From: an uncultured Treponema sp.
GTDB lineage: Bacteria; Spirochaetota; Spirochaetia; Treponematales; Treponemataceae
Length of the DNA stretch: 45,302 bases
Direction: 5' to 3'
NCBI GenBank assembly: GCA_937885235.1
Contig: CAKZZK010000047.1
Location: 1-45,302, forward strand
The translations under genes and the position numbers were made by a program. Positions within the stretch are counted from its first letter, which is position 1. Each line of letters opens with the position of its first letter. Under the pieces are notes generated by a model. The model made no database searches. It saw only the letters and a program-made list of their open reading frames with translations, and was not told the DNA's origin. This document shows positions 9,588 to 18,763 of the stretch, piece by piece.

Positions 9588-9657
9588 ATGATGGCTAAAT
9601 TTTGATGTAAAACACTCTATATGTCAAGGGGTAAAGAAAGCCTAACCGCCTTCCGAT

Positions 9658-9882
9658 ATGGAATATATGGAAAAAGGCTTTATTAATTTGGCACTTCAGG
9701 TTGCCAAAGACCCGCGCGTCATAGCTGTCACTGTGCTGATGGTGGTAGTCATTGCGCTTGCCAATTATGTCGTGGGATATAAAAAGAAGGTGAAGGTGCC
9801 TAAAAAGAAAAAGGTCGTTGCTGCTCCGCCGCCGCCTAAGCCGGCCGAGGAGGGCGAAGAAGCTCCTACCGAAGAGGAATAA
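9658..9882 (+). CDS. Small single-pass membrane protein, hypothetical
   Basis: One hydrophobic helix followed by a Lys-, Pro- and Glu-rich tail; followed by a terminator. Confidence 0.7.
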   Translation: MEYMEKGFINLALQVAKDPRVIAVTVLMVVVIALANYVVGYKKKVKVPKKKKVVAAPPPPKPAEEGEEAPTEEE

Positions 9883-9892
9883 AAAATAAGCG

Positions 9893-9923
9893 AAGCGGAC
9901 GGACAAAATGCCGTCCGCTTTTT
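9893..9923. terminator. Bidirectional intrinsic terminator
   Basis: AAGCGGACGG-N8-CCGTCCGCTT with flanking A/T tracts between convergent genes. Confidence 0.8.
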
Positions 9924-9927
9924 GTTT

Positions 9928-11382
9928 TTATTCAGCTTGCCTCTTTCCCGTGGGAGCTATTTTCCCCTGCCATGGAAAGCGGCAGCTGTGGATAAGCCCT
10001 GCCGCCTTTAGCTGCGAGAGGATGCAGTCAATGTCGCTGTGTTCCCAGATATGCGCGTGGTAGAGCGCGGCGTCCTGCCTGTTGAAGAGACGCATAAGCT
10101 GTTCCGAGAGCTCCATCCTGTCATACAGTTTGCGGTGGGAGCGGATGAACGAAAGCGCAAGCCCTGCATCCCGCGCAAAAGGGGCAGGCGCGTGGCGCAT
10201 ACAGATGTCGCAGCCGCTGCACACCGTTTTTTCAGCTCCAAGCTCATCCAATAGAAGCTGACGGCGGCAAGTCTTGCTTTCGGCATAGCGTCGGGCAAAG
10301 GGGGATGCCGTCTGTGAGTCCGTAAAGCTCCACAGAAGATAGGCGTTTGCGGGACCATGGTCCCTGCCTGCCCGTCCCGCTTCCTGCACGTAGGCTTCTA
10401 CCGTGTTGCTTGCTTCGAGGTGTATGACCGTGCGGATGTCTTTTTTGTCCACCCCCATGCCGAATGCCACCGTGGCGCAGAGAATACCGTCCGTCTTGGG
10501 GTAAAACCAGCGTTCTATGTTGCTTTTTTCCTGCCGCGTTAATCCCGCATGGTAGAAACGCACCGCGTCTTCGCCGTAGTAAAGCGCCAGCTCCCGCGCC
10601 ATGTTTTCTGCCTTGCTCCGTGTGCCGCAAAAGATGAGCAGGGGCTTTTCCGCCGTAAGCGAGAGGCGGAGCGCTTCTTTTTTCTTGTCGTAACAGTTGA
10701 TGACGTGGTACCGTATGTTGGGCCTGTCGCCCTTTCCCCTCAGTATGTACGCACTGCCATCAAAGATCAGTTCGCTCATGCGCGACAGCACTCGGGGAGA
10801 AGCTGTCGCGGTGAACGCCGTCACCACAGGCACATGCAGTTTCTTTATGATGCCGCCGAGCGCGAGGTAGGATGGGCGGAAGCTGTCTCCCCATTCGCTT
10901 ACGCAGTGCGCCTCATCAATCGCAACGTGGGCTATGCGGCAGCGGGCAAGTCGCTCTGTCAGTGCTGCGCTCTGGAGCACTTCAGGATTTGCAATGATGA
11001 GCTTTGTCCCGTTGGCAATCTGGTGAAAGCAGGCTTCCCGCTCTTCTGCTGTCTGCCCGCCCCTGAAGGTGACGCTCGCAATGCCCGCCTCCCTGATGTG
11101 CCGCTCTTGGTCCGCCATAAGCGCGAGCAGGGGGTAGATGATAAGCGTGGGTCCGTCCAGAAGGAGCGCGGGAATGAGGAAGCACAGCGATTTACCCGAG
11201 CCGGTGGGCAGCAGCACTATCTGCCGTTTGTATGGACTTTCTTCGCTGCCCGCTGCTTCCAGAATGTTGGCAACAGCAAGCTTTTGCCACGGATAGAGTT
11301 GCGGTACACGGAATACGTTCTGAGCTACGCGCCGCACCTCGTCGTCTGAAAAAATTGTGTCCTGTTTCTGTGTTTGTTCCAT
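9928..11382 (-). CDS. recQ: RecQ family ATP-dependent DNA helicase
   Basis: PTGSGKS, DEAHCVSEWGDSFRPSY, FTATA, ATVAFGMGVDK, QEAGRAGRD and Zn-binding CRR..CSGCDIC. Start set at MEQTQK because the upstream extension runs into the IS end. Confidence 0.9.
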   Translation of the reverse strand: MEQTQKQDTIFSDDEVRRVAQNVFRVPQLYPWQKLAVANILEAAGSEESPYKRQIVLLPTGSGKSLCFLIPALLLDGPTLIIYPLLALMADQERHIREAGIASVTFRGGQTAEEREACFHQIANGTKLIIANPEVLQSAALTERLARCRIAHVAIDEAHCVSEWGDSFRPSYLALGGIIKKLHVPVVTAFTATASPRVLSRMSELIFDGSAYILRGKGDRPNIRYHVINCYDKKKEALRLSLTAEKPLLIFCGTRSKAENMARELALYYGEDAVRFYHAGLTRQEKSNIERWFYPKTDGILCATVAFGMGVDKKDIRTVIHLEASNTVEAYVQEAGRAGRDHGPANAYLLWSFTDSQTASPFARRYAESKTCRRQLLLDELGAEKTVCSGCDICMRHAPAPFARDAGLALSFIRSHRKLYDRMELSEQLMRLFNRQDAALYHAHIWEHSDIDCILSQLKAAGLIHSCRFPWQGKIAPTGKRQAE

Positions 11383-11446
11383 ACTATGATAGTCAGGAAA
11401 GGGATGCAAAAATCGACACAAAACGCATAATAAATGTAAAGAAATT

Positions 11447-12157
11447 GTAACTATATCAGCACCTAAAATCCAAAGCAAAGAGCAGGAGAGTCTGTGAAGG
11501 CCAGTGTTACAGCTTCAAATGCATTGACTCCATGCTTTCCTGCGGAATCAATGTAAGAGCGGATTTTAAGATATCACCCGGCTCTTTTTTCTTTCTGCCG
11601 CGTTTTACTTCGGCGGAAACTGGCGAGGATTTTCTTCCCTTGCTATCCTGATTATTTCGTCATATTTCAGGTCATAATAATCAGGATAGCAGGTATCAAG
11701 CTTTGCCCGCCCGCAGCCGGCATAAGATTTTTTGAGCCGGTGAAGCTCATGGAGCATATCGCGGAACATTTTTGCCCATCTCTGTTCCGGATGACTCTCA
11801 ATCACCCGATAAGCTCCCGCAGGATATGCGCTCCGCAGATTCCGTGTTTCACATCCGGGAATTGCCAGTACGGCTTCCAGCAGTCGTGGACTGCAATTTC
11901 CTTGAAAAGCGGAAGAACTCCGTTTCCTTCTATACCGGCTTTTTCCCGTTTTTCGCTCAGCGTCAGGTATGTGAAAAGCCTGTCTGAGGATGAGTGAACC
12001 TATTTCGTCTTTCCGTGAAGAAAGTCATTCTGCTGTTCCAGCATCTCTATGATTTCTGAATCTGTCATCTTCCCACTGCTAGTAATTCTATCACATTTGA
12101 ATTTTTTCAAACAGTGGGTAATGACCTTTTTTTGTTTTTTTAGTGCTGAATAGTTAC
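11447..12157 (-). mobile_element. Internally deleted IS66-family element (711 bp, non-autonomous)
   Basis: Terminal inverted repeats GTAACTATATCAGCACCTAAAA and (reverse complement) GTAACTATTCAGCACTAAAAA both start with the IS66-type GTAA and enclose transposase fragments. Confidence 0.85.
11463..12068 (-). pseudogene. IS66-family transposase remnant
   Basis: MTDSEIIEMLEQQNDFL is joined to HGKTK*VHSS..AVHDCWKPYWQF..HGICGAHILRELIG. A frameshift leads to IESHPEQRWAKMF.., then the C-terminus YLKIRSYIDSAGKHGVNAFEAV. Confidence 0.88.
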
Positions 12158-12452
12158 CATGAATAAAGGAATTTATTATCGGTAGCTTGCAAAAATTTCT
12201 GAAAGCTTTTTTGCTTTTTTGATTGAAAAATAATTGTGGGGGAAGTACTTGGTGATAGTGATTATCACGTGGTACTTCCTTTTTGTTGCCACGTGATATA
12301 TTTTTATTCTATGTATCTAAGTAATTTAAGGATTTTCTATTGTATCTGTAAAAAATGGGATAATTATTCAGTATTGAACGACTTCTTTGAAACTTCGATT
12401 TGTATAGAGCATTTAAAACATACTACGATAAGCTTTGAACTATTGGGTTATT

Positions 12453-12579
12453 TGTGGAAAAGTTTTCTCTTTTTTCCACATATTTTGCTTTGTTGTTTGT
12501 AAATTCTTTCTGTATAAGAATTTATCTTTGTGTAGAAGTAAATTGTTCTTTACTACCTTTGTGGAAAATTTGTGGAGAA
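12453..12579. promoter_or_regulatory. DnaA-box-like cluster in AT-rich intergenic tract
   Basis: TGTGGAAAA at 12453, TTTTCCACA at 12472 and TGTGGAAAA at 12560 match TTWTNCACA. TGTGGAGAA at 12571 has one mismatch. Confidence 0.55.
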
Positions 12580-12796
12580 TTTTACTAATATGTTTATTAA
12601 TATAGAGGATCTCAATCAGTACTTCTATGTTATCTTCCATACTGCTATGAGAAAGTTTATTGTTACTGTTTTATCTAAAACCGTAATAGTTTAATGAGAG
12701 CAGTTTGACTGTTTCATTTTAATTGCGATAATTATATTAATCAATATATGTCTAAGTTAATAAGAAGTAGCTTCATATTGTGAAACTTATTGTCAT

Positions 12797-12812
12797 TGTT
12801 TCACGTGAAACA
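12797..12812. promoter_or_regulatory. parS centromere site
   Basis: Exact match to the canonical bacterial parS palindrome TGTTTCACGTGAAACA; intergenic. Confidence 0.88.
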
Positions 12813-12885
12813 CAATGTTTTAAATATACAGAGACAATTTCAAGTTCTGAATAGATCTGAAATAGCCTCTGTATTCATTCCAAAT

Positions 12886-14280
12886 TTATTTTGTTTCGTG
12901 AAAGCGGAGTATTTTTGAACCTCGCTTGGATGACCATGATGATTTTCTTTCTTCAGGGAGAGTAGAAATATCAGACGCGATGAAGCCCAAGTTTTCAAAC
13001 CAATCTGCTGTCTGTGTCGTGAGCAGAAATATACTTTTTGCATTCTTAGCCTGTGCCCGTTTTACGAGAAACAAAATCATTTTAGGACCTATACCGATAT
13101 GAGAGCATGTCTTGTCTACTGCGACACAAGCAATCTCCATTTGTCCGTCGCTATAGGGAATGAGCGCTGCGCAGGCACGGATGGCACCATCGAGTTCATA
13201 AACTATGTAATGCTTGCACTGGTCGCTAAGCATCTGCTTTGTCCGAGGAAGCAATATTCCTTGCTCAACAAAGGGCCTGATGAGCGAAAGGACAGCAGGA
13301 ATGTCATCGTGGATCATATCCCGTACTTTTCCGTAATTATTGGCATAAATCATTGTCCCAGAACCAAAATCGCTGAATATTTCGCAAGAAATAGTGCCGT
13401 CCAAAGAGCCATTGAGCAGATGAACGCGGGTCACCCCTAAGTCACAGGCATCCCTTGCAATCTTAAGCAAAGTAAAAATCTTCTTGCGAAGCAACATATC
13501 CTCTGAATTTTCCCATCGTTCGGTAGATGAGGGATTATTTTGTACTGAATTTACCAAATGCTCGTTTAATTCCAAAAATGTATTTACCTCTTCCTTATTC
13601 ATAGCAGAAATTGTACCATCGGGAGACAGTCCGATTGAAGCAGGAATAGTGAAATTGCTGCTATTGATACTGGCATTTGGTATAAGATAAAAGAGTTTGT
13701 CCGCGTGAAGATGTATTGCTATCTGTTGTGCCAAATGAATGGACGATATATTATAAGGCTTCCCTACGAGGCTCCATCCAATACAAGGAAAAATCGGAAT
13801 GAAGCCGCTTTCGAGTACTGTTTCAATGGAATTTATCTGTAATTTGTCTATTTCACCGATCGTTCCGTAGTCAAAGCCATCTATGACACCCTTTCCCCGC
13901 GCCCGTACCCAGTTGCCGATCAGCGCGGTGATTTTCTCTCCTGCAAGCGATGTCATTATCTGGTTGGACACATCAAAAGCCGCCATCTTGATGAGGGGCA
14001 TTGCTTCCTGCGAGGTGATGCGGTTCCCTTCGTGGAAGGACCATTCGATGTGAGCCGTAGAGAGAATTTCGTCAATCCGCTTTGCCGCTCCTGGAACAAG
14101 GATGAGCTTTATCCCCGCCTGATGGAGCAGGGAAATATCCTTGATGTGGCTCAAAAAGAGCGGAGAGTCGATAAGCCTGTCATCTATGTATAATATAATT
14201 AAGGCATTCTTAAAACGATGTAAGTATCGTATAACATCGCGGATACGCTCTGCCCGCTCGTGAATCAAGTTTTCGTCCAT
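12886..14280 (-). CDS. argA: Amino-acid N-acetyltransferase (N-acetylglutamate synthase)
   Basis: Amino-acid kinase-like domain (KDISLLHQAGIKLILVPGA, EIFSDFGSGTMI) plus a GNAT domain (EIACVAVD, FLLTTQTADWF). Confidence 0.92.
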   Translation of the reverse strand: MDENLIHERAERIRDVIRYLHRFKNALIILYIDDRLIDSPLFLSHIKDISLLHQAGIKLILVPGAAKRIDEILSTAHIEWSFHEGNRITSQEAMPLIKMAAFDVSNQIMTSLAGEKITALIGNWVRARGKGVIDGFDYGTIGEIDKLQINSIETVLESGFIPIFPCIGWSLVGKPYNISSIHLAQQIAIHLHADKLFYLIPNASINSSNFTIPASIGLSPDGTISAMNKEEVNTFLELNEHLVNSVQNNPSSTERWENSEDMLLRKKIFTLLKIARDACDLGVTRVHLLNGSLDGTISCEIFSDFGSGTMIYANNYGKVRDMIHDDIPAVLSLIRPFVEQGILLPRTKQMLSDQCKHYIVYELDGAIRACAALIPYSDGQMEIACVAVDKTCSHIGIGPKMILFLVKRAQAKNAKSIFLLTTQTADWFENLGFIASDISTLPEERKSSWSSKRGSKILRFHETK

Positions 14281-14957
14281 TATTTTCTCCTTTCTCGCTC
14301 TGCCTCGCTGAGCTGTTTTGAGTAAAAACAGCCGCAGTAATCCTGCCGGTATAGCCCGTATTCCTTGCTGAGCTGGAGGCTCCTCAAAAAACCGTTCTTT
14401 TTCTTGAAGTCCGAGGGCAGAAACTGCGGTCCCTCGCTGTTCAGCTTCTGGAGCTCTTGCCCGATGGTATTTATCTTCTTTGCGTCTTTGAAGGGACTTA
14501 TGGAAAGCGTGGTGGTAAAGAAGGAAAATCCCCTTTGCGCCGCATACTGATACGCCTTTGTCAGCCTGAACAGATAGCAGCGGCGGCAGCGTTCCCCCTT
14601 TTCCGGCTCCGTCTGCAATCCTTTCTCTTCGAGGACACCTGTGGCGCGGTAGAATTCCTCCGGCATATAGGGAGCCTCAACAAGCTTTACCGCCGCTTCC
14701 CGTGCAGGGGGAAAGCGCGGCAAAAAGCTTTTAAGCTCATTCAGACGGCGAAAATACTCTTCAGGCGGATAAATGTTTGGATTATAATAAAATACAGTAA
14801 TAGCAAAGTACTTGGCAAGATATTCCAGTACATACGAAGAACAGGGCCCGCAGCATGCATGAAGCAAGAGAGAGGGCTTTTCTTCTTTTTTCTGCAATTC
14901 AGAAAGCAACGCATCAAGCTGCTTCTGATAGTCAACGGCTTTTGTCACTGTCATCAC
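14280..14957 (-). CDS. queH: Epoxyqueuosine reductase
   Basis: LLHACCGPCS, YYNPNIYP, CRRC, YRQDYCGC. Confidence 0.93.
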   Translation of the reverse strand: MMTVTKAVDYQKQLDALLSELQKKEEKPSLLLHACCGPCSSYVLEYLAKYFAITVFYYNPNIYPPEEYFRRLNELKSFLPRFPPAREAAVKLVEAPYMPEEFYRATGVLEEKGLQTEPEKGERCRRCYLFRLTKAYQYAAQRGFSFFTTTLSISPFKDAKKINTIGQELQKLNSEGPQFLPSDFKKKNGFLRSLQLSKEYGLYRQDYCGCFYSKQLSEAERERRK

Positions 14958-15040
14958 AGGCTGATACTAGCACGTATGAAAAAAAAAAGCCACCACCGAG
15001 AGCATTCCTTTATATGCGTGAAGGTACGTAGCCCGAAAAG

Positions 15041-15085
15041 AAAAAAGACTGCATTGCTCGCGCAGCGAACACTACAGTCTTTTTT
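15041..15085. terminator. Intrinsic terminator downstream of pheT
   Basis: AAAAAAGACTG...CAGTCTTTTTT. Confidence 0.7.
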
Positions 15086-15112
15086 ATAATCGGGCGAAAG
15101 CACCGTTCTATT

Positions 15113-17434
15113 TTAATGTATCTCGCCGTCGCTCGCCTTCTCGGTGGTGATAGCCTTCCCCGCGGCAGTCAGCGTTACGCCGTCAATCTGGAAAGCCTTG
15201 GCGCAGAGCTTTAGCTCCACTTTTTCAAGCTTGTCTATGTCTATCTTTGCTGGCTTTTCCGCGGCAGCAGGAGCCCCCTCGGGAATGACGGGAGTGCCGG
15301 GTGCAGCCCAGGGCGCAGTCAGCACTTCCACGCATTCCTTGCCGTCCTCAGTGTAATCCGCGGCAAGGAGCATCCCGTGGCTTTCCACCCCGCGCATCTT
15401 GCGCTTGGCAAGGTTTGCCACAAGGATGATATGCTTGCCAAGCAGCTCGTCCTCGCGCAGGTAGGGAACAAGCCCCGACTGGATGATGCGCTCCGTTCCG
15501 CTGCCGTCGTCAAGGTGCTCGATGTAGAGCTTTTCGCCCTGAGGATTGCGCTCCACCTTGGTGATTTTTGCCACGCGGAGGTCTATGTAGCTGTTGAAGA
15601 ATGCCACCTGGTCTTCCGCAAGGTGCGGCTCCTTGGCTGCGGGAGCGTGGGGAGCAGGCTGTGCCGCCTGTGCGGGCTTGGCTTCCGCGCTGTCCCGTGC
15701 TTCTTCTGCCTCCATGAGGTATTCAAGGTCAATTTCGCCCGCCACGCAGGGCATGGCAATCTGCCAGTTTTCGAGCACCTGCGGATGCAGCTCGCCGAAT
15801 ATACCCGCCTGCTTGCCCGCCACCATGATGGCTGCCTGCCTGCCGGGAATAAAGCGGGGGTCATCGCTTTCCCTTACCTCATACTTGTGGTCAAGGTAGT
15901 AAAGCAGCGTGCTTACCTCGCTCGCGGCATCGTTGAAGTTCGCATTGCCGGAAGCAGTCAGAAAGCCAAGGCTCTGAATAGTCTTTGTCCCCGTGTTTTC
16001 CTCGGGCGCAATGAATGCAATCTTGCCTATTTCATATACCTTGTGGGGATACACCGCGTTTGCGCTCTGGCTTTCCGCTTCCAGGAGAGAGGCGATGATG
16101 GAAGGACGGATGAACTGATAGTTCTCGCTCATGGGATTTGCAATTTCAATCACCGTGGAACCGTCTATATTCATCTTGTCAATATAGTTCTTCTTGGAAC
16201 CGAGATAGTTGAAAATCATCTCCTGATAGCCAAGCCCCGTCATGACGGTCTTTGCCTTGCGGCTGTAGAGCGTGACGGGCAAAAGCCGCCCTATGGTAAA
16301 GTCCGAGGGAGCTTCCGGAGCAAAGGAATCAAGCCCCTTGCCAATCATCACGTCCTCTATGACATCTACCTCGTGCAGGAAGTCATTGCGGTAGGGGGCG
16401 GGAGAAACGGTGAAGATGACGTCATCCCCCTCCTTCCGCGAGCGCACACTGCTCCCCATGCGGGAGAGGGCATCGATCACTTCGCTTTCAGTAAACTGCA
16501 GCCCGAGCGTCTTATTAATAGAAGAAAGATGCGCGTCCGTTGTGGGCTGGTAGTAGTAGGGGGCACAGAACGCACGCCCGAACGCCGTATCGTAGGGATA
16601 CTGCGTTTCAACGGGAAGTATGGTATAGCCCGCATCGGCAAAGTCGCAGGCGACGATGTTCGCACTCAAAAGGAGGCTCTCCATATCCGTGCCGGTGAGC
16701 TCCACGAGCAGGTCACTGTCACCCACGGCAACCTGTCCGAGGCTTGCGCTGTTGATGATTGGCGGCATGCTGAGCACTTCTCCCCTGGTATCGCGCAGGA
16801 GGGGGAAGAGGGGGCAGCCGCTGAGAATCCAGCCGTAGTCCTTTCCCTTGGGATGCTCTTCAAGGATTTTGCGGCATGTTGCCTCGCCTTCTCCCTGCAG
16901 GGGCGTGAAGGATACCTTGTCGGGGTCCACGGCGTCGTAATGCACGGGCCACTGTATGTCTTTTTCGCGGTAAACGCCCATCGCTATGGTCTTCCGCTTG
17001 CGTCCGAAGTTCCAGCAGAGCTTTTCCTGCGTCTGTATGATGTCCAGAAGCATTGGCTCGGTGACTGCCTTGCCCGTAATCACAAAGGAGACGATGTAGG
17101 GGCGGATGTCCTTGAGCTTTTCGTCCACGATGATTCGGCGTCCGGCTGCATCGGGGGATTTTTCCCTGCCGCTCAAAAAGCTCTGGTAGTCTTTGTGCGC
17201 GGCTCCCTCGTGCTCCCGCAGGCAGCGTGCAAGGCCTGCGGTTGACCAGAGGTCAGGGCGGTTCGTGTCGTTTAATTCAATCTTAATGACGCGCTTGTCT
17301 TCGGCATCGTTCATATCGGGCTTTTCGTCGAGTTCAGCCTTGGCAAAGGTGAGTTTCTTTTCCAGCGTGTCGTAGTCGTAGCTTGTTCCAAGCATGGAGA
17401 AGAAGAGTTTTTCGTTGACTTCTATTTTTGGCAT
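15113..17434 (-). CDS. pheT: Phenylalanine--tRNA ligase beta subunit (archaeal-type) with C-terminal tRNA-binding OB-fold domain
   Basis: ELNDTNRPDLWS, QEKLCWNFGRKRK, SMPPIINS, YRNDFLHEVDVIED, GIFGELHPQVL. The C-terminal DLRVAKITKVERNP..KLY..ANLAKRKMRGVESHGMLLAA is Trbp111/EMAPII-like. Confidence 0.95.
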   Translation of the reverse strand: MPKIEVNEKLFFSMLGTSYDYDTLEKKLTFAKAELDEKPDMNDAEDKRVIKIELNDTNRPDLWSTAGLARCLREHEGAAHKDYQSFLSGREKSPDAAGRRIIVDEKLKDIRPYIVSFVITGKAVTEPMLLDIIQTQEKLCWNFGRKRKTIAMGVYREKDIQWPVHYDAVDPDKVSFTPLQGEGEATCRKILEEHPKGKDYGWILSGCPLFPLLRDTRGEVLSMPPIINSASLGQVAVGDSDLLVELTGTDMESLLLSANIVACDFADAGYTILPVETQYPYDTAFGRAFCAPYYYQPTTDAHLSSINKTLGLQFTESEVIDALSRMGSSVRSRKEGDDVIFTVSPAPYRNDFLHEVDVIEDVMIGKGLDSFAPEAPSDFTIGRLLPVTLYSRKAKTVMTGLGYQEMIFNYLGSKKNYIDKMNIDGSTVIEIANPMSENYQFIRPSIIASLLEAESQSANAVYPHKVYEIGKIAFIAPEENTGTKTIQSLGFLTASGNANFNDAASEVSTLLYYLDHKYEVRESDDPRFIPGRQAAIMVAGKQAGIFGELHPQVLENWQIAMPCVAGEIDLEYLMEAEEARDSAEAKPAQAAQPAPHAPAAKEPHLAEDQVAFFNSYIDLRVAKITKVERNPQGEKLYIEHLDDGSGTERIIQSGLVPYLREDELLGKHIILVANLAKRKMRGVESHGMLLAADYTEDGKECVEVLTAPWAAPGTPVIPEGAPAAAEKPAKIDIDKLEKVELKLCAKAFQIDGVTLTAAGKAITTEKASDGEIH

Positions 17435-17549
17435 GGTATCCTCTATAGTTCTATGATATCGATAAAGCTGGGCTTATTTTAGCAGAAAGCGGGGGGTGTG
17501 TCTACAATGGGGATTTTATGGCTCGGCATTGAGGGGCTTGCTTTTTATC

Positions 17550-17663
17550 TAAAACGTTTTGTTTTAGCGCTTAAAACGTTTTGTTTTACGTGCTAAAACA
17601 GTTTGTTTTATGTGCTAAGATATTTTGTTTTAAAGCCTGAGACGGAATGTTTTATGGCGTAAA
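17550..17663. repeat. Tandem array, 5 x 22 bp, TAAAAC-N5-GTTTTA-N5
   Basis: Units start at 17550, 17572, 17594, 17616 and 17638. Confidence 0.88.
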
Positions 17664-17761
17664 TGAAAATCGCCTTCTATGGGTTTACGGGAAATTTTCA
17701 TCTGGCAATCTGCTCTAAATAATGATGAAATCAGATAAAATGGTTTTGTAACATCTGCTGG

Positions 17762-18217
17762 ATAATCTGTGTTATAATAGATAACGGAGGGAAAACAACA
17801 AAAGGAGGAATTTCGCTGCAGCTGGACGGCAATTCGTATTTACAGCTGGAAAACGGCATAACGCTTGGCGGTAAGGATTTTACCATCGACGGCTGGGCGT
17901 ATATGGATTCAAAGTGCGGTCTGTACGGCAGGATATTTGAATTCAATGCTTCGGCAGAAAGCGGGACAAGGATACTGCTTTACAGGCAGGACAGTTCCCA
18001 GAGTATTGATTTCGATGTGCACGGTTCCTACAAGATTATCGATGGCTATGCCAATAGGCTGTTCCATTTTGCCTACGTCTATGAGCATGATAAAGGCAAG
18101 GTTTCTATCTATCTGAACGGTGTATTGCAGGCGACATTTGCAAGGAAGCTGCCGGCAATGAAATATGCGCTCTCGTATCTTGGAAAATCCTCGTGGCGGA
18201 CGGGAGCAGTAGTATAA
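17762..18217 (+). pseudogene. LamG/concanavalin A-like domain gene fragment
   Basis: The frame reads SLQLDGNSYLQL..DFTIDGWAY..RIFEF..HFAYVY..IYLNG..SYLGKSSW. It has no start codon before the domain and ends before the usual F-x-G-x-IDE strand. Confidence 0.68.
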
Positions 18218-18260
18218 GATTGTAGTCTCTATTATAGAATACAAACGACGAGCCCGCAAG

Positions 18261-18746
18261 TTACAGTTTTCCGTTCAGAATTGTTTCTTTGAGCGCCCCC
18301 TTTGCATCGTAGACGAGTTTGAGCGAGAAGAAGGGGGCGTCCTCGGCGAGCAGGCGGAGGAAAATTCGGTCGCCGTCCCAGAGGCTGAGCGTTTCTATCT
18401 GTGACAGGGGGACCCATTCGAGCGTGCCTTCGTCGCAGGGGTGGAGCGTGCCGGTAAAGCCGTCCGCGGTGTAGAGGCACATATATTCCACCGGAGCGCC
18501 TTCCGCAACGAAGGTGACGATACCGCGGAAAGTGAAGGACGTGAGCGTGAGCCCCGTTTCTTCCCGCACCTCGCGGAGCAGGCAGTCCTCGGGACTTTCC
18601 CCCTCCTCAAAGTGGCCGCCCACCCCTATCCACTTGTCGTGGTTAATGTCGTTTTCCTTTGCCGTGCGGTGCAGCATAAGGTAGCACCCGTCCTTTTCGA
18701 TATAGCAGAGCGTGGTGAGTGCGCTCCGTGCTTTCTGTGTAGCCAT
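18261..18746 (-). CDS. NUDIX hydrolase (8-oxo-dGTP diphosphatase-like)
   Basis: Nudix box GGHFEEGESPEDCLLREVREETGL; EGTLEWV; LWDGDRIFL. Confidence 0.92.
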   Translation of the reverse strand: MATQKARSALTTLCYIEKDGCYLMLHRTAKENDINHDKWIGVGGHFEEGESPEDCLLREVREETGLTLTSFTFRGIVTFVAEGAPVEYMCLYTADGFTGTLHPCDEGTLEWVPLSQIETLSLWDGDRIFLRLLAEDAPFFSLKLVYDAKGALKETILNGKL

Positions 18747-18763
18747 AACGCTATTGTAACGAT

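Noticed and set aside
9987..9995. Perfect DnaA box TGTGGATAA
   Set aside because: A single copy inside the recQ coding sequence is expected by chance
11439..12165. Target-site duplication for the IS66 remnant
   Set aside because: The flanking 8-mers AAGAAATT and CATGAATA differ
12453..12600. Definitive oriC call
   Set aside because: No dnaA or dnaN in the window, no DnaA-trio run in the Bacillus orientation next to the tandem boxes, and GC skew could not be computed
12236..12640. Short ORFs in the AT-rich tract
   Set aside because: Composition is that of translated AT-rich non-coding DNA; no RBS or motifs
15377..17245. 622-aa plus-strand ORF
   Set aside because: Antisense shadow of pheT with no recognisable motifs
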